Assembly: GCF_000143415.4 (NCBI RefSeq)
Contig: NW_003314285.1
Location: 1,267,370-1,331,369 of the forward strand
Origin: Selaginella moellendorffii
Lineage: Eukaryota > Plantae > Lycopodiophyta
Reading direction: 5' to 3'
Length of the DNA: 64,000 nt
Made by a program: the position numbers and the translations under genes. The notes beneath the pieces were generated by a model, which saw only the letters and a list, made by a program, of their open reading frames with translations, was not told the origin of the DNA and searched no databases. Of the stretch, positions 12,701-25,500 are shown piece after piece; position 1 is the first letter of the stretch, and every line of letters begins with the position of its first letter.

Positions 12701-13585
12701 GTAAATAATAAAAGTATTATCTATACAATAAACCAACTCAAACACTGAAATACCACAGAGATCTTTGGACCCGCAGTTTACAATAAATTGTCAATGGAGG
12801 TGGCGAACAATAGCAAGATAATGCATGAGCAGTCACCACCTCTTGGTGGAGCTCGGCTGCGGAGCCACCTGCTAGGAAAGCAGGAGGAACCCCAGAAGCT
12901 GGGTTTTGCGATTTCCGAGGATTACACTCTCTGTTCAGATGAAGGAGGTGAACAAGATCAAGGCATGGGAGCGCTGGGAGCGGAGCTTGATCCTGTTTGC
13001 TTCATGGCTTTGGTTCCAGAGTGACGAGCAGGACGAGGGGGAGCTGCGCGATCACGTCGCGAGCGTGATCTACGACATGCTGGGTGTAGGAGTTAGAAAT
13101 TGTGGAGATTGAGAGGTTGCAATTGCGAGAGCCAGTGCTTGGAGCCCGTAACGCACCAAATCCTGCAATCTGCGCAACACACCAGTTAGCTGGTCTCATC
13201 ACGCGGATGGAAATACGCCGGCAAACAACTCTCTCACGACGAATGTATGGCCTTCTCAACATTGAAGCGAACAAAAGGAGCGCTGTTACAGCATAACAAA
13301 CGGCCCCGGCAACAACATATGTGAGGGAGACACCGGAGAGCCAGCTGAGGAGCAGCACCGGCGGAGGACATTCAGCACAATGAGGCAGCAGCAAAGAGGG
13401 CATCACAGCGACCGCGCGGAGGAGGAAATGGTGGCCAAGATCAAGCATTTTTTAGCCCATCTGTCACAAACAGAATATAACAGAAAACTAAAGTTTTTAC
13501 TTGATGATCTCTCTGATTTTTTGTTTAAACCATTAAATTTGAAACTTACAACGGTACAACAAATATGCTTGTGGAGGGTTTAGCT

Positions 13586-14640
13586 ATGGTGTCTTATGAG
13601 GAGGAACGACGGCGACGGGTAGAGGAGAACAAGAAGCGATTGAAGGTAAGCCACTTTCCTCGCTTGGCCAGACATAAAAGAAAATCCTCTTTCACTCCTG
13701 CGCTTGCAGGAACTGGGTATAGCGGAGATCAGCAAGGAGATCGCCCAGCAGACCACACTGGTGGCTTCCAAGAGAGTAAGCTTCACAAAACTCGCTGCTT
13801 CTAGGCCATTTCCCACATCGATTGATCCAGGCGAGGAAGCGTTGCTCAAGGTCAGCTGAGAAATCCGTCTTGTGTGTACGGAGGTCTTCTCGAGTCTCAT
13901 CGAATCCTCGTCCAAACTACAAACTGGTAGAATAGTATCTCTCGTCTTTCTTTCCAAGATAATCTGTTGTTCTTGGATCACAGGATGACGAGCCCCGTCT
14001 GCCTCGAAGAAGGTATGTCTCCCACGAGCTCTAGAAATTTTCTAAGACGTTTCTCGCAGTTCTGGGCGATCGTCTCGGATATCTCCAACCAGCTTTTGCT
14101 CACAGGAGGACAGAATGGCAGCCATTGGGGCCGCGGAAAAGATCCAGCAAAGTTTAGATCGTCCTTCCACTGTCAAGACGATGCTCCAGTCCCACGTCTC
14201 TGGAGGATTCTGGCTGGTAAATCTCCTGTTTGAGCATGCTAGCGAAAGATTAACAAGAAAGAGATCTTCTTGCAGAGCTTACCACTCTCATTTGCGAAGA
14301 AACACTTGCCAAAGAAGGACACGATGATCACCCTCGAGGACAGCGACGGGCAGGAGTCCGAGTCCTTTTATTTGGCGTACAAGAACGGACTTAGCGGCGG
14401 ATGGCGTGGTTTCTCCATTGATCACAAGCTGCAAGACGGCGATGCTCTCGTCTTCGAGCTCATGGAACCTACACGTCTCAAGGTCAGTTCATAGAAAGCG
14501 AAATGAGAAAACGTCTTACAGTGGGTTTGTCTACACAGGTTCACATTGTTCGAGCTGCCGACTACCAAAGGAGCCAAGGCAAAAACATCACAGATAAGGC
14601 ACAGCTTGCAAAAGGAGTCGCAGGTAGACTAGAAAGATGA
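13586..14640 (+). CDS. Single-B3-domain (REM-type) DNA-binding protein, multi-exon
   Basis: MVSYEEERRRRVEENKKRL; VKTMLQSHVSGGFWL; GLSGGWRGFSIDHKLQDGDALVFEL; GT-AG introns; TGA 14638-14640. Confidence 0.9.
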
Positions 14641-14849
14641 CAATGTCTGCTGTTTACAGCTAGTTCTTGTCATTACATCTATCAATGCAAAGAAGTGAAA
14701 TCAAGCACAAAATCAATGCAAAGAAAATAAAATTACGCACTTACTCTTACATAAAAAGCTAGTAGAAAAATTATTATATTTAAGAAACAAAGAGAAATTA
14801 TTTTTATTTGTTAGGAACTTATTCTTTTAATATTTATAGTTTTATATTT

Positions 14850-15861
14850 TTAGTCTAATATTTTTGTTTTCCAAATGAGTTTCCACAATATTCCAGCTCC
14901 AATGATATAGTTAATTATTATTTCATTACTATTAAGAAAATGATATAACTGTAGGTAAGATTTAGTATTTAGAGACTTATATAAAACTCAAATAGGATAT
15001 AAAATATTTTGATATACATAAGGTAATAAAGAGCTTAATTTGAAAAACTTAAATATATTATCTAAAAACCAATCACTATGTGGTGATACAATAATATCAT
15101 TAACAATTAAATCTCCAAATATAATGTAAATGGGTTATAAAGTCCATGCTTTTGTATAATTTAAATACCTAAAATTTACAAATAAAGAAAATAAAATTAT
15201 TCCAACTTACTTGTTATATTATAAGTTAAAACTTTTCCTAATTTTTCATTTAAAAATAACAACACATCATTTGTAGTAATGTCAATTGCATATTTATAGA
15301 TTATTGAACCTACACAAAAATTTAATAGAAATAAAATTTTATTTTAAACACTTTTACCTGTTTTTGATACGATTGGAATAAAGTGTAAAGGGGACAATTC
15401 AATACTTTTATTATTTTCAATATTAATGTGAATAAAGTCTTCATAAGCATTAGGATCTTGATGGCCAAAAGCATATATATCAGAAAAGCCTATTTCACCA
15501 TTTTTAGCTTGAATGGCAACCTGTTAGAAAAAGCTAATATCAATTTTCATACACATAAGAAAAGTATAAATATATAAAAATTAAAACCTTATCTCCAATA
15601 GCTATATCTTTAATTTTCTTTTTATTCCCATTATAAAGTGTTAATATTGCATCACCTGTTAGCAAAGAAAGATTAATTTAAGTAAACAACAAGATTAATA
15701 GAACAACATTAAGAAGTTACTGGAAAACGCTTCTTTGCTTTTTTGCAAATGTGATTTACACATTTATAACCGCTCAGACATTGTGAATTTATAGTACATG
15801 AATAAATATGATTTGGTAAAACATAAAGCACAAATAAAATGTAAACTATAAAACTTTTCAT
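14850..15861 (-). pseudogene. Secreted Cys-rich peptide + Hedgehog-type Hog (Hint + SRR-like) precursor, 5 exons, disabled (copy C)
   Basis: Exons 15861-15721, 15655-15588, 15520-15358, 15309-15211, 15168-14850 translate to signal peptide, CTINSQCLSGYKCVNHIC, (R)FPGDAILTLYNGNKKKIKDIAIGDKV, FSDIYAFGHQD, IELSPLHFI, GLYNPFTL-GDLIVNDIIVS, YQNILYPI*VLY; two stops, two frameshifts. Confidence 0.88.
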
Positions 15862-15934
15862 TTTAAAGATATGTTATAAAGAAGTTATGTTTTTTTAAAA
15901 AAATCCCAAATACAAGTTATTTAGTAAATTACAC

Positions 15935-16690
15935 TAGTAAAATCAAGCTCTTTAAATTTAAGCCACTTATGTGCACCAATCCAAACTTTACAACAAAAAT
16001 ATAGTGTTATATGGCCAAACCATGTACTCCGAAAATATAAAACACAAAAATGAAGATTTAACAGCTATTATCTCTTCATCTACTTTGATAAGTGAGCCAC
16101 TTTATATATCTATCATAACTAGAATCCATAAGTGTGTTCTAGGGTGTATTAGACGAAGCAGCTTATGCTTCCATCAATAGGCTAGAAACTTCAGTAAATA
16201 TAACTAGAATCCATATGTGTGTTCCAGGGCGTATTAGACAATGTCAAGGATTGAACTCCAGTAAATTCAAGCTCTTTAAATTTAAACCACCTATATGCAC
16301 CAATCCAATGTTATAACAGGAATGTAGTGTCATATAGCCAAACCATGTACCCCTAAACTATAAGACACAAAAAGTAAAGGCTTAACAAGTATTATTTCTT
16401 GTCTACTTAGAATCCACAAGATTGTAGTGTTAATGTGGCCAAACCATATACTTTTAAAGTATAAGACAAAAAAGGTAAAGGCTTAACAATTACTATCTCT
16501 TTGTCTATTTTGATAAGATTATAATTAAAATCCAAGTGTATTCTAGGGTGTATTAGATGATGTTGAGGATTTAACTCTAGTTCAGTCAGGCTCTTTAAAT
16601 TTAAGCCACCTATATGTACCAATCCAAACGTTATAACAAAAATGCAATATTATATGCTAAATCACGTACTCATAAGCCATTTCTCTATAT
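15935..16690. repeat. Degenerate tandem repeat, ~320-bp period, ~2.5 copies
   Basis: GCTCTTTAAATTTAA(G/A)CCAC..ATxTxCACCAATCCAA at ~15945, ~16270, ~16590; sub-repeat TGTxTTCxAGGGxGTATTAGA three times. Confidence 0.8.
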
Positions 16691-16881
16691 ATTTAAATCC
16701 TAATGAATTTTTTCTTAAGTTATTCCTTTTAGTTGCTTATACGAAGGATCATTAAAACTTTTGATAGTTCCAATTTCATAGAATGGAAACATTTTATAAA
16801 ATTTATTTTAAAGGCTAAAAGTATGTGTATCAAGAAAAGGGCATTTAGAATAGTAGAGAGGATAAAGTTTTATTAAGGTGA

Positions 16882-18561
16882 TGTAAATGATTAATTTTTC
16901 ATTCTTCTTTAGTCATTTAACCACACTTCTGACCACTTGAAGGAATCTCACTCATAACCTCCATAAATCTTATTCTAAACTTGGGACTTGTTAGCCCTGA
17001 GAATAACATCTATGCCACTCAACTTTTGCATTTAGTTTAAGTGTTTCATATATCTGATCCCATAATTGACACTCAAAGGTACCATTAACATATCAACCCA
17101 TTACACTAAGGCCATACCTATTCACTTTTGTTACACTAGTGATCTAACACCACCTACATCACAATTTTGTCTCTTAAAGACTAAACCATCCATCCATAAG
17201 TGATCATCTCAAATTCATTCTTTAGCATCCTTAGGATGGTGGCAGACATAGAAAATAACCTTCCTCAATATCCTTTTCTTAGCCCCCACTAAGTCCCTTT
17301 TCGTTCACGGCCATGTTTGCCAACACTGCCAATGGGTCAAGGCCTATAGGCTTGACCATTATGTCCTATTGACTTTTGAGATTTTCTCACCATATGACCG
17401 TATACTTAGTCTCTATACAAGAGGATTGCTCTTCTTTCTTTCCACAGTCCAAAACTTTAAGATAACATTTTGGAACACCATAGCCCTACACGAGTCTCAC
17501 CCACCTTTTGCCTTTGAGTGCCGTAGCCATGTGGCTAGAGCGAGGTTCTTATGAGCCATGCCAAGTATCCAAGTAGATATTGCCACCCACACTTGGATTA
17601 AGAGTATTGATCATTCGATCTCCCGAGGGAGCTAAAGCTAGCTTTTGAATACTTCACCAAACTACTCCACTTGTTTGTCCATATTCACTTTAGCTTTGGA
17701 TTCTTTAATGGATATATTATCACGCAACACATGGGTATAACTTTTCTTGGTCACACTAGCCTTTCCTAACTAAACTAATTCCACTACCACACTCTCCCTT
17801 CTATACTTTTGGAACTCTTTGCCCTTTGCCCACCCCAGGAGATGATCACTTTGGGCTTTCACCCCACAAACTATATTAGTATTCAAACTCAAACTTGGAC
17901 TCAGACTTGGTCTCGGTCTCAACCTCATTCTCAGTCTAGGTCTTTGTCTCAGTCTCATTCTTGATCTCGAGTCTTGTCTTGGGGCCATCTTGGACTTTAT
18001 TTCAAATCCATCTCAGACTCTATCTCGAACTCCATCTCGGGTCCATCTCGAACTCTATTTTGGACTCCATCTTAAGTCCATTTTAGACTCCATCTCGGAT
18101 CTATCTTAAACTCCATCTTGGACTCTATTTCGAACTCTATCTTAGGTCTATCTTAGATCCATCTTGTACTCCATCTCGGGTCCATTTCGGACTCCATCTC
18201 AGGTCCATTTCAAACTCCATCTCGGGTCTATCTTAAACTCCATCCCAAACTCCATCTTGGACTCCATCTCAGAATCTATCTCAAGTCCATCTCATATCCA
18301 TTTCATACTTCATCTCGGGTCCATCTTGGACTCTATCTTAAATCCATCTTGGACTCCATCTCAGGTCCTCTAGTGTCCCTTTTCTAAAGACTCACATATT
18401 ACTTGTTTCATGCTTGTTTCTTGGGAGTTCCACTCTTGCTCTTGCCTTTTCAAGTTGTAACTTTTAATCCAAACATGTTATGCTTGTTTGGCTTCCGCTT
18501 CAACCACTATCATGTGGCACCCTTTTAGCTCCACTTGGGGCTTAGGGATTTGTGTCTCATA
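16882..18561 (-). mobile_element. Solo LTR of the 4153-11830 family, aged
   Basis: Colinear with LTR 4153-5927 end to end with many C>T/G>A changes; TSD GGTGA (16877-16881, 18562-18566). Confidence 0.92.
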
Positions 18562-19579
18562 GGTGATTATCTTGAAATGGAATAAGAATGAGAAGTTTGA
18601 TAAATTCATTAAGGATATGAAAAGTCTTTACATTCTGGAGTTGACAACAAAATTCTAGTTCCACTTCAATTATTTTTCTTTTTGAGTGTATTACTAAATT
18701 TCTTTCATTCTTTTGCAACAACTTGATGCAAGTGAATAAACTAAAGCTTAACCAAACCATATCTTCTGTCAGGGAAGAAATTGTAATGGGAAAAGACCTT
18801 AGAATGGTAGACTCTAAAGAGTTGGTATTGTACTTAAGAAGCTCCAAGCAAAAAGCCTCCAAACAAAAAGGCAAAATGCAAGAAGATTTTTTCAAATACA
18901 AAAAGAAGGATGCTAACAATGATAAAAAGAGTCAAGTTTGTAAGTATTGCCAAAAAGGCTCTCACATTACCTCTGAATACAAGAAGAAATGAAAAATTTT
19001 ACTAATCTCAAATCCTCTAAATCTATTATAAATTATGAGAAGTTGATTAAAGAAGCAAATATAGCCACAACAATTAGTCACCTCTTATTAGAAATCCATG
19101 AGAAACCAACTCATTTTCTATTGGATTCTAGTGCTACATCTTACTTTATATGGGACAAAGAAGATTTTGTTCACTACAAATCTTATCTTGAAGAACATAT
19201 TATACAATTTAGGGGAAATTGTGAACATGAGGCTGTTGGTATTGGTGACATTCAAGTCCCAGCCACAAATACCTTAGTTGTCTTCACAGAAGTCATGCAT
19301 GCTCTTAGTCTACATAAAGACTTAATTTCTATTCTATTGCACATATGGTAAGTAATGGGTAACAAACTTTATTTGATTTTAACTCTTGTGTTATCATCAA
19401 TGCTAATATTGGGGTGATCATAGCAACAACTCCAAGAAAAGGTAATCTTTATTACTTGGGAAATGAGAAGTCTATAATCATTACTTTTGCACTGCCAACA
19501 AAAACAACAATGAGGTATGTGGTCATTTAAGTTTTAAAAGTTTATAACTCTAGAAGGCATGGTGACAAGCTAAACTCTT

Positions 19580-22500
19580 TGTAAGCCATAAATTTTTCCT
19601 TTCCAATTTGCCAATTTACTTCATCTATCTGATCAACATTTCCTTGGACTTAGCTAAGTTCCTTCGCCAAGGTTCCCACCTATGGTACTGGCTCCTACTT
19701 GGTTTCAGCTACTCACTACATGAGAAACAGAGTGTTAACCATCCATCTACGGATTCCCAAATCTCTCCCAATCCCCCTCCCAGGGTTAGATTAGATTTAA
19801 GGTTCAGCTACACTCCCCGCAGGCACAAGCAGCCAAACACACCAAGCCTCTAGATTCCTAACATCCCTTGGTACCATAAGACTTGATTATGGGACCCTCT
19901 AAATCCCAAGCCTTGAGTGCAACACTTGCTCTGGGACGTGGGAGGGAAACACCATGGCCTAACAGCCCGGTATAGGTACCTTTACTCCCTCACTTCCATC
20001 CCAAAGGGAAGGCCCAAGCCCCTAGGTAGGGTAAAGACTAATGAGCTGCATGGTACTCAAGTAAGGCACCACTCCACATGAGCTGAGAACACCACAGTCG
20101 GTTTCCCTTCTGAGAGTGGGAGCTGCTCTTGAGCACTTCCTGGGGTGGCCCCTCAGGCACCACCCAAGTCCATGCTCACTCCCACCCAAGGCCCCTCGGC
20201 CTCAGTCTCAACCTCAAGTCAGTTTGGAAGCACCATTGAAGAGTTCTTTCAAGATTGATTCCCGAACCTCACTATCCCTACTATACTTTTGGAACCCCCT
20301 ACAGTCCCCCTTGGGAGACACACACTTTGGGCTTTCACCCCTTGACTTGTATTAGTACTCAAACTTGGTTTCGGACTTAATCTCGGACTTGATCTCAAAC
20401 TCGACCTCGGACTCGGTCTTGGACTTGATCTCAGACTCGACCTTGGACCCGATCTCGGACTCGACCTCGGACTCAGTCTCAGACCTGATCTCGGATCTCG
20501 GACTCTGTCTCGAACTCGGTCTCAGTGTCAGCCTTGGACTCGATCCCAGACTCTATCTCGAACTTGGTCTCAAAGTCGGTCTTGGACTCAATCTCAAACT
20601 CAGTCCCATCCGATGAACTCTTTATCATTTCGGTCATGCTTTTAGAGATCCTTTAGCGTACGATACCTTAAGGAGTTGGTTCCTTACAATTCCACCACCC
20701 ACAGAAGAATTTCGATGCCCTCTTTTATAATCCTATGACTTGTTGACCATGTCTTTGGGGGTATCCCCCCATTTAGCGGTGTGCCTAAGTTAACCTCCCC
20801 AGCTAAGAGCCCATGACAACAGAATATAGGTGTCCCTACCTCACCACACCCTAGTATGGGGTTGGGACTTGAACCCAACTTTGCTTACTAGGGGGTTAGG
20901 ACTCAAACCCAACCTTCGTAGAATACGTCTACGGATTCGACATCCCCACAAGGAATCGGGCGTAGTTCCCTATGCCTGGTCAACTTAGTTAACCCATGCT
21001 AGTTAGCTAACCTTCGGCATGCCTTTGGGTCCCAACATATGCCATTGCTCAACTTTACAAATTGATACTTTTAATTGAACTTTGCATAAGTACATAGAGT
21101 TCTACTTTGCAGAAATTCCTCCAATAGATCTCGCGCGTTTGCTAGGTTCTCCTCCGGTTCCCAAATTGCTTCGCAATGTGGAAATCCTTTCCATATCACA
21201 TGGAACTCCTTCACCTTGCGTCTTTGTCACTTTCTCTTGCGTGCATTAAGGATGGCCTTGACTTCATATTCCTTTAAGGAACTCAAGATCAGTTCATTTC
21301 TAGGAATACATGCATTTTTACCTTTGAGTCAACTTTCGGCTAATCCCACTTGGTAGCCTTAGGTTCTTGGTGTTCAGCCACACCTTCTCCCCAGAGTTGA
21401 ACTTTACGTCCTGGCGCTTCTGGTTTGCATACTTGGTTTGCCTTTGTTGAGCCTGTTCCAAGGAATCCCTCACTAGATTCCAAATGTTGGTATTTCCACC
21501 GTGAATGCCTTCATTGCAAGTAACTCTTCATGATACTCGGCCATGCTGAGTTCCACAAAACCTTTAATAGCTCACCCATTGATGACTTCCCATGGACTCA
21601 CCCCAATACTCAAGTGTTGTGAGTTGTTATAACACATTTCCGCAAGTCCCAAATGACTTACCTAATCAGTCTGGTCCTCCGAGACATAGTATCGCAAATA
21701 ATCCTTCAGCTACTTATTCATCCTTTCCGTTTATCCATCTGTCAAGAAGTGTTAGTGCCATCAAACTTGACTTAATACCCAATACTTATCTGTGGGTGAT
21801 AGGCTGTGCTGAATTTCAATTTGGTGTGATACTGTTCCAAAAGAGTTCTCCAGAACCTACTGGTGAAGATATTATCTTGATCTGAGATAATCTCGTCTGG
21901 CCTTCCCCACACTCAAACCATTTATTTGAAGAACAACTTTGCCACACCTTCCGCATCCACTTCCGTTGTGATGGGTATGAAATGTGCCATCTTTGAAAAT
22001 CGGTCCACCACCATGAATATTGCATCAAACCCGGAGTCTCGTGATGAAGTCCATCGTAAAACATTTTCATGGACAATTTGGAATTGGGATGCTTTGTAAC
22101 AAGCCCCCACTAGCCTTAGTCACGGTTTTGACCTGTTGACATATTGGACATGTCTTTACATAGTTTTGGACATCCTTAGCCATATCTAGCTGGTGATACT
22201 TCCCCTTGAATAACCCTATTGTCTTGGGCACTTTGCTGTGTCTCGCAAGAAGTCCGTCATGACACTCTTTTAAGGTTACCTTCCTTAGTTCCCCTTCTAG
22301 AACATACACCCTCGTCTGTTTATAATAGATGAGTCCATTGTGTTCAGTATAACCTATTTTCTCTTCTGTTAGCAACTCACCTCTCTAGTGAATTTCTCGT
22401 GCCTCTTGGTTCCTCATCAACACTTCTTGTGCTAGACCATCATTCTCATATGTTATCCGCACATCATCCCAAAATGTTGCTGTTGTGCTAAATATCGCCA

Positions 22501-25500
22501 ACTTCAAGCTTGCCTTTTGACTTAGAGCATCTGCCATGATGTTGCTCTTCCCAAGTTTATACAAAAATCTCGCAATCAAACTCGGCCAAAGCATTGGCCC
22601 ACCGACTTTGTTTCCCTCTTAGGTCGGCCTGCGAGAAGAAGTGTTTTATTGCCACATTATCTGCGTAAACTTTGAAGTGCCTCCCAAGGTAATGTCACCA
22701 CTCCTTGAGTGCCTTGACTAGCGCAAATAATTCCTTCTCATGGGCAAGCCACTTTTGCTGAGCCTTATCCAACTTCTTCGAGAAGAACGCCACTAGATGG
22801 TTGTCTTGCTTCAAAACTGCGCCTAACACAAAGTCCGAAGCATTTATTTCTACCTCAAAGTCTTTACCAAAGTCTGATAATGCCAACACGGGAGTCTTCC
22901 TCAACTTCCCTTTGAGGTGGACAAATGCCACATCGCATTCCACTGTTCATACCATCTTCCCTTTACCCATTTGGTCCGTTAAGGTAGGACTACTCTCAAA
23001 TAGTGTTTAATAAACTTTCAGTAGTAATTGCATGTATAGCCCCAAAAACACCCTCAACTCATGTACATTCAATGGTTGCTCCCATTCCTAGATCACTTGG
23101 ACCTTCTTAGGGTCCATCTTGACCTTGTCCTTGCCCACCACATGCCCGAGAAACTTTAACTCTTGTTAAGCAAAGTCACATTTGCTCTCTTTAGCATACA
23201 GCTTGTGTTCCTTTAATTTTTCAAACACCTTCGTCAAGTGTTCGGCATGCTCCTCTAGCGTTTTGCTATAAATCAAAATGTCGTTAATATAAATGACCAC
23301 AAAGTGATCCAGATAGGGTACAAAGATGTGGTTCATCAAAGCCGAAAACGTTGTAGGCGCATTGCACAACCCAAAGGGCATCACCAAAAACTCAAAACTC
23401 CCATACCTTGTCCGATAAGTTGTCTTCTTAATATCTTCTTCTGCTACCCTGATTTGGTAGTATCTTGACCTTAGATCAATCCTTGAGAAGTATTTTGCCT
23501 TTCCCAACCTATCGAACAAGTCTTCAATTCTTGGTAAAGGGTATTTATTCTTCTTTATATATTTGTTGAGCAACCAGTAATCTATGCACATGCACATAGA
23601 TCCATCTTTCTTTTTCATAAATAACACCAGCACCCCATACAGTGACTTGCTCAACATAACATACTCTTTGTCCCTAACTTTTTTAGTTAGTGCTTGAGCT
23701 CCTCGAGTTCCTTTTCATTCAAACAATAGGGTGGACGAACCATCATCTTAGCACCCTCAACCAGCTCAATCTTATGTTCTATTGGTAGTGCGAGGGGCAA
23801 CCCCGCTAATAGCTCCTCCGGCATGGTATCTTGGAATTGGTCTAACACCCGTTGAATCCCTAAAGGTACTTCTTCTGTTCCCATCTTTTTGTCACTCTTC
23901 ACCGAGAGTAAGCACAAAAATGTTGCCTTAGTTCCTTTAGTGAGTTGTCCTCTCGTGGACACCAGGTTTAAGCAGGAGTCTTTGGCTTTACTTTGCCCTA
24001 CCTTTAGATCTTAGTCCTCCACCCTGGATTGTTCTCCCCGGGCATTCGCCAGTACCACAAGATTCCTACTTTGTCTATATAGGGCTATTACGAACTAATT
24101 GAACCAATCCATCCCAAAGATTACGTCAAATCCTGCCATTTCCAACACAGTGAAATCTATGTCTACTTTCCATATTTCTACTTTGACTCTCGCTTGTCGA
24201 AGTACCTCATCGGTGTTTTGGCTACCTTGAACAAACTCTATAATCCTTGGTTCACCTAGCTACTGCACTGTTAGTCTAGTTTGCCAGACTACAAAATTAT
24301 CTGAAGCACCCGTGTCAATAAGGATCATAACAAAGTTACTTTCGAGCTTCCCTCGGAGGGTTAGTAAATGTCACGAACGACTCTCTACCAAAGTTGCTTG
24401 TAATGAGTAACTTTGAGTTAGTTACTGGATCACGTACCTCAATTTGGATTTCACCCAATTTAATGGCTATATTGGCTTTGGCCTTTTTCAAATAGGGATA
24501 TTCCCTCGAAAAGTGTTCTACTTCACTGCAATTAAAGCATATATTGTTTCTCACGCTACTAATTAACTTGATCTTTTTATCCATGGGTTTGTCTCGTTTT
24601 GCGTGACTCCCCTATGTACTTGCTCGCTGGCCACTAGATCTACCTTTCTGGAACCCTAAGGACTCATTTTTAGAAAAACACTTCTTGAATTTCTCTTTGC
24701 CATATGTTCCCCTTGGTTTGGCCCCTTTGCTAAATGTGAACCCCAACCCCGTTGTGTTCCCCTTTTACAGGTTATTATTGAAATGCACCTTGATAGCCGC
24801 ATCCAACGCTTCCTTGTAGTTGGTCGGGTTCTAGTGCATCACCTCGCCGCAAACTTAGGTTTGCAAGCTTGATATGAAGATGGATGGCTAACACTCCGTT
24901 GCTCGTGCAGTGAGTAGCTGAAACCAAGTAAGAGCTAGTACCATAGGCAAAAACCTTGGCAAGGGAGCTTAGCTAAGTTGTAGCGCACGTGGTTTTGACC
25001 CTTTATCCTATGGTGATTTACCATAGGATAACACCACGAAGCGGAACTTAAACCCTCTTTATGCCACGTGACACATGCCACGTGTCATATGCCACATGTC
25101 CAAAGGATAGTGGTGCGGAACCCAAGGTTCAGGGCCTTGGGCCACTAAAAGAAGGAACGGTGCCAAAACCCCCAAGCACGAAGCTAAGGAGTGACAAAAC
25201 TGAACCACGGAGCAACTCCTGAGCATGCAGCCCAAGGAGCGTAGGGACAGAGGCCCGGAGCGACTTGGAACAGTCCACTAGCTAGCATGGTGTGGAGCTT
25301 GGGCTTAGACCCAAGCCGGACGCAGAACAAGGACAGGCACCCAAGCAGGAGCTAGACTATGCCTTAGGTTGGTCGGCCATGCTCGACCTACCCACTATCC
25401 CTACTATACATTTGGAACCCCCCCCCCCCCCCCCCTTTGAGGAACACACGCTTTGGGCTTTCACCCCAAGCCTCCCTTAGTGTCAAGAGTTAGTCTCTAG

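Noticed and set aside
12165-15660. Pack-MULE terminal inverted repeats around the B3 gene
   Set aside because: The inverted similarity follows exons of two Hog gene copies; no TSD or TIR ends found
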